Assembly (NCBI GenBank): GCA_025060695.1
Contig: JANXBH010000001.1
Location: 90,730-154,729, forward strand
Source: a candidate division WOR-3 bacterium
Lineage (GTDB): Bacteria; Hydrothermota; Hydrothermia; LBFQ01; DSFT01
Length of the DNA stretch: 64,000 bases
Direction: 5' to 3'
In this document: positions 57,751 through 64,000 of the stretch, piece by piece
How positions within the stretch are numbered: the first letter of the stretch is position 1
Layout: every line of letters begins with the position of its first letter
The notes under the pieces: generated by a model
The model's database searches: none
The model's input: only the letters and a program-made list of their open reading frames with translations
Told to the model about the DNA's origin: nothing
Translations under genes and position numbers: made by a program

Positions 57751-59042
57751 TTACAACAATAGGAAATTTAATAGACCTAAGTTCAGATATATTGGTTGAA
57801 CTTGATAACAATTTTAATATTAAACTATGCAATGCAAAATTTAAGGATTACTTTGGGGACATTACGAACTTTTTTAGTATCTTTCCATTAGCATATAGGG
57901 AAGTTATACTAAGGCTTATAGAAAATGCACAAAAAACCTTAACCCCGCTCAATATTAGAATACCTATTTTAAGAGGAGAAAAACAAGAAATAGTTTATAT
58001 GAAAGTATTTCCTGTTGAGAAGGGTTTATTTATTTCCATAAGACCACAAAAATCATCAAGTATCTCTGAAGATATAATAAATTCAATTGATTATGGAGTA
58101 ATACTAATTTCAAAGGAAGGTAATTTAATATACAACAACAACTATGCCAAGAATTATGAAGAATATTGGAACGAGCTAATAAAGGAAAGCTTAAAGCAAC
58201 AAGATAGAAACTTTGAAGTTAATGTCAAAGGCAAAACATTTGAAGTATTTCAAAAAGAATTTGAAAGAAAAATTTCAGGCAAAATATTACTTTTTAGAGA
58301 TATTACTCAAATCAAGAGGATGCATGATTTAATGTCACTTGTTGATAGGTTAAGTTCAGTAGGTCTCATAGCAGCATCACTTGCCCATGAAATAAAAAAT
58401 CCACTAACAAGCATAAAAGTTCTATCACAAGTTTTAGCTAATGACTTAAGCAATGATAAAAAAGAAATAGCTTTAAGGATCTCAAGACAAATAGATAGAG
58501 TAAATGAGCTTATTTCAAAACTTCTTATATACACAAAGCCTTCAAAGTCAAAACCAGTCTATGTAAATCCAACCGAGATTATAAATGAGCTTGAAGGTAT
58601 CATTTATGGACAACTTATAAGTAAAAAAATTAGGCTTTATAAAGATATAGATACGAACGTTGAGATATTTGTTGATCCGAAAGACTTACACCAGATATTA
58701 CTAAATTTAGTTCTAAATTCAATAGACGCGTTAAGTGAAGGTGGATATATTAAAATAGAGGCTGGCATATCAGGTATAGTTTCAACTGAATTAGAACCAT
58801 TAGCATACATTAAAGTAATAGATAATGGTTGTGGTATTCCAAGAGAAAAACTAAAGGAGATATTCTATCCATTTTACACAACCAAAAAAAGTGGCACAGG
58901 ATTAGGACTATTTGTTGTTCATAAACTTGTAAAAGATAATGGAGGAATGATAGAAGTAGAGAGTGAAGTGGGACAAGGAACCACATTTACAATTTACTTT
59001 AAAGGGAGGGTAAAAAATGCGAAGAATAATGATAGTAGATGA
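57747..59042 (+). CDS. sensor histidine kinase (PAS-like N-terminus, HisKA, HATPase_c)
   Basis: H-box LAHEIKNPLTSIKVLSQVL, N-box LNLVLNSIDAL, G-boxes DNGCGIP and GTGLGLFVVHKLV. No TM, so cytoplasmic. Confidence 0.8.
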   Translation: MITTIGNLIDLSSDILVELDNNFNIKLCNAKFKDYFGDITNFFSIFPLAYREVILRLIENAQKTLTPLNIRIPILRGEKQEIVYMKVFPVEKGLFISIRPQKSSSISEDIINSIDYGVILISKEGNLIYNNNYAKNYEEYWNELIKESLKQQDRNFEVNVKGKTFEVFQKEFERKISGKILLFRDITQIKRMHDLMSLVDRLSSVGLIAASLAHEIKNPLTSIKVLSQVLANDLSNDKKEIALRISRQIDRVNELISKLLIYTKPSKSKPVYVNPTEIINELEGIIYGQLISKKIRLYKDIDTNVEIFVDPKDLHQILLNLVLNSIDALSEGGYIKIEAGISGIVSTELEPLAYIKVIDNGCGIPREKLKEIFYPFYTTKKSGTGLGLFVVHKLVKDNGGMIEVESEVGQGTTFTIYFKGRVKNAKNNDSR

Positions 59043-60063
59043 CGAAGAAGATATAGTTTTAGGTCTTTCTAGATATTTAAAGAAAAATGGATATGATGTT
59101 GTACATGAAACAAGTCCTAAAAAAGCTTTAGAAATACTGTCAGCGGAACCAGTTGATATTTTAATAGCGGATGTCAAAATGGATGAGATGTCGGGTTTAG
59201 AATTAATAAATCAAGCAAGACAAAAAAATTCAGATATTAAAGTAATTATCATGACCGCAAGGGGTTCAGAAGAAGTAGAGAGAATAAGCTATGAAAGAGG
59301 GGCATTGGAATACCTTGAAAAACCATTTGATGTGAGCTATCTTTTAGAAGTTTTAAAGAAAATAGAGGTAGGTGGCTTTAAAGGTGTTGTAAAGGAGTTA
59401 GGCTTAGTAGATTTTTTGAACATACTAAATATGGAAAGAGCTATAGCTGTTGTAAATGTTACATCCGCTATAGGTAGTGGAAAGATTTATTTTGAAAATG
59501 GAGAAATAGTACACTCACAATTTCAAGACAAAGAAGGTATAAATGCATTAAAAGAAATATTAAATTTAAAAGGAGGTTCATTTAGTGTAGAAAGGAATGT
59601 TAAAACACCAAAGAAAACAATAAATATGCCATTTAGTAATCTCATGCTTGAAGTTTATGCAAGGACCGATGAGGAAAAAGTAGATATACCATTTGAAGAT
59701 TGGAGTATTATAACGGAAGAGGTTAAAGTTTTAAGTGATGAAGTATATACTAAACTTGACAAGGAGATTAACTCAATTTTTAGTTTTGATACAAATCTTA
59801 AGGGCATATCGATATACGATTTTCAAGGAAATACTTTATATTTAAAGGGTAATGACTATAAGTCGTTAGTATTGGAAATCACAAAAATAGAAGCATTTAG
59901 TGAGGGAGTATTGGAGTTATATAATAATCAGATTATATACATTAAAAGGGATAATGAACTATTTTTTGTCATTGAAATATCGAATACTTCCTTATCTCTT
60001 GTGAAGGTGAGATTTAACAAGATTATAGCAAACCTAAGTGAGATTATAAAAGGAGGAAAGTGA
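59017..60063 (+). CDS. response regulator with C-terminal PATAN/DUF4388 domain
   Basis: REC domain (IMIVDDEEDI...DILIADVKMDEMSG...IMTA). Then GFKGVVKELGLVDFLNILNMERAIAVVNV...GKIYFENGEIVHSQF...GINALKEIL, which matches the DUF4388/PATAN pattern. Confidence 0.7.
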   Translation: MRRIMIVDDEEDIVLGLSRYLKKNGYDVVHETSPKKALEILSAEPVDILIADVKMDEMSGLELINQARQKNSDIKVIIMTARGSEEVERISYERGALEYLEKPFDVSYLLEVLKKIEVGGFKGVVKELGLVDFLNILNMERAIAVVNVTSAIGSGKIYFENGEIVHSQFQDKEGINALKEILNLKGGSFSVERNVKTPKKTINMPFSNLMLEVYARTDEEKVDIPFEDWSIITEEVKVLSDEVYTKLDKEINSIFSFDTNLKGISIYDFQGNTLYLKGNDYKSLVLEITKIEAFSEGVLELYNNQIIYIKRDNELFFVIEISNTSLSLVKVRFNKIIANLSEIIKGGK

Positions 60064-60064
60064 T

Positions 60065-60451
60065 ATGGATAAGATTCAAGAAATACTATATGAAATGTCA
60101 AAGGATATACCTGGTTATGTTGCAGGTGCTGTTGTTGAAAACGAAGAAGGACTAACCATTGTAGAAGAAAGAAACGTCCCAGATATAGATATACAAATAT
60201 CCGCAGCTTATAGTGTAGAGGCCTTAAAATTTCAAGAAAGAGTGGTTAGTGCACTAAATTCTAATGACAAAGCAAGAGCAATTATATCAATTAGTGGAAA
60301 TTACTTAATAATTACACAACCAATAGGAAGTAGTAATTTTTGCTTACACATAATAACAAATAGAGAAAAGAGTGCTCTTGGTATAATCTTGGCTTTACTT
60401 TCAAAATATGAGCAAATATTGAACAAAGCAGTTTCAGAATGGGTCTTATGA
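60065..60451 (+). CDS. second Roadblock/LC7 domain protein (MglC-like)
   Basis: 128 aa. IPGYVAGAVVENEEGLTIVEE...ISAAYSVEAL is a roadblock-fold pattern distinct from the first copy. Confidence 0.5.
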   Translation: MDKIQEILYEMSKDIPGYVAGAVVENEEGLTIVEERNVPDIDIQISAAYSVEALKFQERVVSALNSNDKARAIISISGNYLIITQPIGSSNFCLHIITNREKSALGIILALLSKYEQILNKAVSEWVL

Positions 60452-61227
60452 AAGGGAGGGCATATGGTATAACTGACTTAGGGAAAAAACGTGTAAAAAA
60501 TGAAGATTTTTTTGCAGTTGATCCTTCTATTGGGCTATTTATAGTAGCAGATGGTCTTGGTGGAAGAATGTCAGGTGATAAAGCCAGTTATGAAGCAACA
60601 CAAACATTTATTGAAAAATTAAAAAGCTTAATAAATATCTATAATGAGCCTAAAATCATTTTAGAAAGTGCATTTAAAGAAGCAAGTAAAAAGGCTTATG
60701 AAATAAGCAATTCAGATGAATATTATGGAGCTATGACTACATTTACAGCTTTATTTCTATATAAATCAAAATACTATATAGTTCATGTAGGAGACACAAG
60801 AGCATATTTACTTAGATTAAATAGATTTTTTTATCAAATTACTGAGGATGACACACAAGCACAAATATTAGTAAGAAAAAAAGCACTATCACCGAAAGAA
60901 GCAGAACATCACCCGTCAAAACACGTTCTTACAAAAGCACTCGGTCATAAACCCCTAATAAGACCTAAACTTTATGTTGGACATGTAATGGATGGAGATA
61001 AGTTTCTTCTATGTTCGGATGGTCTATATATTTACTTTTCAAATGACGAGATGAGAGAAATTCTTATGAAATACAAACCAAAGGAGGCAATAGAAATACT
61101 CGTAAAACTTGCAAACGATAGAGGTGGTGAGGACAACGTAACAGGCATAGTTATTGAGTTAATTAAATCTGATAGTGGTATAGTAAGTCAATTTAAAGCA
61201 ATTTTAGAAACAATCCTAAGAAGATGA
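60439..61227 (+). CDS. PP2C-family Ser/Thr protein phosphatase
   Basis: GITDLGKKRVKNEDFF, FIVADGLGGRMSGDKAS, HVGDTRAYL, LCSDGL, and GGEDNVTGIV near the C-terminus. Confidence 0.8.
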   Translation: MGLMKGRAYGITDLGKKRVKNEDFFAVDPSIGLFIVADGLGGRMSGDKASYEATQTFIEKLKSLINIYNEPKIILESAFKEASKKAYEISNSDEYYGAMTTFTALFLYKSKYYIVHVGDTRAYLLRLNRFFYQITEDDTQAQILVRKKALSPKEAEHHPSKHVLTKALGHKPLIRPKLYVGHVMDGDKFLLCSDGLYIYFSNDEMREILMKYKPKEAIEILVKLANDRGGEDNVTGIVIELIKSDSGIVSQFKAILETILRR

Positions 61228-62279
61228 TAGGTACAGTTATCGCAGATAAATATAAAATTACAAGAAAAATAGCTTCAGGTGGTATGGCAGAAGTTTATGA
61301 AGCAATACAACCTATAGTAAGAAGAAAAGTTGCAATAAAAATACTATATCCACAATATTCAAAAGATGAAAAAGCCAGAGAATTATTTTTTAGAGAAGCA
61401 AGAATCGTAGCACAAGAGCTTGAACATCCTAACATAGTAAAGGTGTACGATTTTGGTATAATTGACGACAACCTTTATCTTGTAATGTACTACGTAAGCG
61501 GAGAGACACTTGAAAGAATAATTAAAAGAGAAGGGAAATTGGATATTAAAGAAGCTTGCTATATAGTCTTAGAAGTTTTAAAAGCATTAGACTATGCACA
61601 CCAAAAAAATATAATACACAGGGATATTAAACCTGGGAATATTATGATAACTCCTGAAAAAAGAGTTTATTTATTAGACTTTGGTATTGCTGCACTTTTA
61701 ACAGAAGATAGAGAGAAAGGAAGAGTTCCTGGTACACCTGAGTATATGTCGCCCGAGCAATTTAGAGGGAAAATAGACAAAAGAAGCGACCTATATTCAC
61801 TCGGTGTAGTTCTATATGAAACTCTTACAGGACAATTACCATTTAAAGGAAATGATATTTGGGAATTACAAAGGAAAATATTTACAGAACCACCTATCCC
61901 TCCATCCCATCATAATCCAAACGTTCCAAAATCATTAGACGATATCGTTCTAAAAGCTTTAAATAAAATTCCATCTGAAAGATTTCAAACAGCATATGAA
62001 TTTGCAAATGCTATATTAGATACCAATATTATTGAAAATTACTATATAGAATTTAAAAAGACTGATGTGAAAAATGAAGTTATAAGAGGTGGTATAGTTC
62101 AAGAGGAAGAAACTGAAAAAGGGAAAAAAACTCAATTTGTCCCAATTTCAGATGATAGCGAAACCGAATTTGAATTTATAGAGGAAAAAACAAAATTCAA
62201 TAAAAACATAATAATTTTAGTAATTTTAGGGATTTTAGTCTTAGGAGGATTTCTATGGTTTTTATTATTTTCTCGATAG
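61224..62279 (+). CDS. Hanks-type Ser/Thr protein kinase with C-terminal TM anchor
   Basis: GGMAEVY, VAIKIL, HRDIKPGNIMI, DFGIA, GTPEYMSPEQ, and a terminal hydrophobic helix IIILVILGILVLGGFLWFLLF. Confidence 0.85.
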   Translation: MIGTVIADKYKITRKIASGGMAEVYEAIQPIVRRKVAIKILYPQYSKDEKARELFFREARIVAQELEHPNIVKVYDFGIIDDNLYLVMYYVSGETLERIIKREGKLDIKEACYIVLEVLKALDYAHQKNIIHRDIKPGNIMITPEKRVYLLDFGIAALLTEDREKGRVPGTPEYMSPEQFRGKIDKRSDLYSLGVVLYETLTGQLPFKGNDIWELQRKIFTEPPIPPSHHNPNVPKSLDDIVLKALNKIPSERFQTAYEFANAILDTNIIENYYIEFKKTDVKNEVIRGGIVQEEETEKGKKTQFVPISDDSETEFEFIEEKTKFNKNIIILVILGILVLGGFLWFLLFSR

Positions 62280-62593
62280 ATACGATAAATTTAGATAATA
62301 AAGTATTTGAAATAGCTAAAAAATTAAATTGTCAAGTTTGTGCAGGTGAAAATGTAGCATATTCACAAAGTGATTTAGCAGTAGACATGAGAAACAAAAT
62401 AAGAGAATTGCTAAGGGAAGGAAAGACAGAAAAAGAAATATTGGATTATTTTGTATCCGTATATGGTGAGCAGGTTTTAGCAGAACCACCTAAAAAAGGT
62501 TTCTTTAATTTTCTTTGGATTATTCCCAATGTAGTTATAATACTATCTATCTTAGGTATCTTGTTATACTTTGCAATAAAGAAGAAGAACTAA
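62255..62593 (+). CDS. CcmH/CycL/NrfF-family CXXC protein
   Basis: LNCQVCAGENVAYSQSDLAVDMRNKIRELLREGKTEKEILDYFVSVYGEQVLAEPP is the CcmH motif pattern, followed by a TM helix. The start is uncertain because it overlaps the kinase 3' end. Confidence 0.5.
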   Translation: MVFIIFSIDTINLDNKVFEIAKKLNCQVCAGENVAYSQSDLAVDMRNKIRELLREGKTEKEILDYFVSVYGEQVLAEPPKKGFFNFLWIIPNVVIILSILGILLYFAIKKKN

Positions 62594-62594
62594 T

Positions 62595-63335
62595 ATGTTC
62601 ATCAAGTTTAAAAAAATGGATGCTTGTGGAAATAATTTTATAGCAATGACAGAAGATGAATTTGAAAAAATAGATGATCCATATCTTTTTACAACTGAAA
62701 TATGCAATAGTAAAAAATACATCGGGGCGGATGGGTTAATAGTAGCAATGAAAGATGAAAACTACGACTTTAGATTTAAATATATTAACTATTTAGGAAA
62801 GGACGTGCCATTTTGCGGTCATGCTATAAGATGCTTAACATTTCTTGCATACTACGAAGGATTTGTCAAGAAGAAAGAAATGCATATTTTAACAGAAATT
62901 GGAGTTAAGAAAACAATTATAAGGAATATTTCTGGCTGGAAGGCATTTATAGGTTTAGAGTTTGAGAATTTTGAAATTGGAGTAAAGCACTATGTAAAAA
63001 GTGTAGAAAATGTAGAAAGTTATAATATTAAGGAAACTGCTATGGAATTTTTTAAAAATTCAGAGAAGCATTTTAATGTATATAGTGAAATAGAAGAAGG
63101 TAAAATTATGATTAGGACTTGGGAATATGGAAGAGATAGGGAGGAACTTAGTTGTGCAACAGGTGGTCTTGCTTGTGCATTAGATTATAATAAAGCAAAA
63201 AAATTAAACTCAATAGAAGTTATCCCAAAATCTAAAATACCCATATATATTGAAATACTAAAAAACAAAGCCATTCTATGGTCAGATGTAAGAATAGTTC
63301 TTCAAGGGGAAATATATGAACCTATTAATTTTTGA
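62595..63335 (+). CDS. dapF: diaminopimelate epimerase
   Basis: KMDACGNNFIA (first catalytic Cys motif) and a second Cys near SCATGGLAC. Confidence 0.8.
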   Translation: MFIKFKKMDACGNNFIAMTEDEFEKIDDPYLFTTEICNSKKYIGADGLIVAMKDENYDFRFKYINYLGKDVPFCGHAIRCLTFLAYYEGFVKKKEMHILTEIGVKKTIIRNISGWKAFIGLEFENFEIGVKHYVKSVENVESYNIKETAMEFFKNSEKHFNVYSEIEEGKIMIRTWEYGRDREELSCATGGLACALDYNKAKKLNSIEVIPKSKIPIYIEILKNKAILWSDVRIVLQGEIYEPINF

Positions 63336-63762
63336 TAGAGATGGGACCATAATAGAAAATTCACATTATCCAGGCTATCCATGGCAAATAAAATTAAAAA
63401 AGGGTATAAAGGAAAAACTCATGAAATATAGCAAAGAATATAAATTTTTTATAATTAGTAATCAATCGGGTATAAAAAGAGGATATTTTTCTCTAAACCA
63501 TCTAAATACCATTCAAAGATATATTGACCTAATGCTTTATCCTATAAAATTCGAAAGGGTATACTATTGCACACATCATCCAAATGAAAACTGCTCTTGT
63601 AGAAAACCAAAGAACTATTTTTTAAGGAAAATTTTATATTCATATAATTTTAATAAATGCTATGTGGTAGGAGATAGAGAAAGTGATGAATTACTTGCAA
63701 AAAGTCTAAATATTAGATTTATTCATATAAATGAATTTTTACTACTTCCAAACCTTCCTTGA
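63316..63762 (+). CDS. gmhB: HAD-family D,D-heptose-1,7-bisphosphate phosphatase (GmhB-like)
   Basis: FDRDGTI (HAD motif I), ISNQSG (motif II), and the Zn-binding CTHHPNENCSCRKPK typical of the GmhB/HisB-N subfamily. Confidence 0.7.
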   Translation: MNLLIFDRDGTIIENSHYPGYPWQIKLKKGIKEKLMKYSKEYKFFIISNQSGIKRGYFSLNHLNTIQRYIDLMLYPIKFERVYYCTHHPNENCSCRKPKNYFLRKILYSYNFNKCYVVGDRESDELLAKSLNIRFIHINEFLLLPNLP

Positions 63763-64000
63763 ATAAGCATATCCATATAGTGCGTAAATCAAAATACCAA
63801 TAACAAGCCAAATAATAAATCTCATCCAAGTTAAGGGTGGAAGTCCTGAAGTTACAAAAATTATCAGTCCAAGATTTATGGGTATAAGTATCCAAGGAAT
63901 GGGAACTCTATAAGTCCCACCTGGTTCCTTTTTAATTCTTAAATATAAAACCGCTAAACCCACTACAAAGTAAGCAAACAGTGTCCCTATGTTTACAAGC
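63742..64000 (-). CDS. C-terminal fragment of an APC-family amino-acid permease (gene continues past the window end)
   Basis: Terminal TM helices. The frame is open to the window edge. Tail ...WLVIGILIYALYGYAYSRKVWK is typical of APC permease C-termini. Confidence 0.4.
   Translation of the reverse strand, partial: LVNIGTLFAYFVVGLAVLYLRIKKEPGGTYRVPIPWILIPINLGLIIFVTSGLPPLTWMRFIIWLVIGILIYALYGYAYSRKVWK

Noticed and set aside
295-59177. About 40 short ORFs in the track that lie antisense or out of frame inside well-supported genes (for example 295..573, 2578..2778, 17719..17973, 24924..25217, 25247..25582, 27720..28049, 29070..29354, 50043..50378, 56715..57191, 58908..59177).
   Set aside because: Each is fully contained in a longer ORF with clear family motifs. 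Their low-complexity, AT-codon-driven composition, with no independent motifs and no promoter element upstream, makes them shadow ORFs.
1-64000. CRISPR arrays, transposases, integrases, phage or plasmid genes.
   Set aside because: I found no direct-repeat/spacer periodicity. No DDE, tyrosine-recombinase, serine-recombinase, terminase or capsid motifs were seen. The tRNA loci are followed by housekeeping genes, not integrases.
1-64000. Naming the source organism.
   Set aside because: The features (about 30% GC, T9SS CTD, PdaD, MglA) fit several deep-branching FCB or thermophilic lineages. Without a database search any species call would be invented.

Overview
This is a 64 kb stretch of a very AT-rich (about 30% GC) bacterial chromosome, tightly packed with genes on both strands and mostly housekeeping in content. 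I found no CRISPR array, transposase, integrase or phage genes.

**Housekeeping genes.** A rimP-nusA-infB-DUF503 block, tsaB/rimI, coaX, acpS, pyrF, nadA, lipA, ribA, lpxK, dapF, gmhB, recN, nrnA, a thiolase and a biotin carboxylase.

**Polyamine cluster.** speE, a pyruvoyl arginine decarboxylase, and a second aminopropyltransferase.

**Metal block.** A ZIP transporter, a PCu(A)C copper chaperone, a TonB-dependent receptor, a His-rich small protein, and a Cus/Czc-type RND efflux set.

**Envelope and glycan genes.** GT4, GT2, WecA-like, CapD-like, YfhO-like, MlaD and CcdA.

**Large secreted protein.** A 1381 aa protein with a C25-peptidase-like core and a T9SS C-terminal sorting domain.

**Signalling operon.** About 11 kb on the + strand containing MglB/MglA, a histidine kinase, a REC-PATAN response regulator, a second roadblock protein, a PP2C phosphatase and a Hanks kinase.

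**tRNAs.** Seven tRNAs: Thr-Tyr, Ser-Ser, Val and Gly.

**Things not explained by ordinary annotation:**
- A palindromic TTTAAAATTTTAAA(G) element sits 6-10 nt upstream of most start codons, which looks like a leaderless-mRNA architecture.
- Three CDSs begin essentially at the 3' end of a tRNA on the same strand; two of them have no canonical start codon.
- coaX has no ATG/GTG/TTG start, although its conserved N-terminus is in frame.
- A CusB-like membrane fusion protein is split by a frame change inside a T8 run that reads as a U UUU UUU slippery heptamer followed by a stop.

The T9SS-type sorting domain points to the FCB superphylum, and the pdaD with two aminopropyltransferases is consistent with a thermophile; I do not claim an organism.
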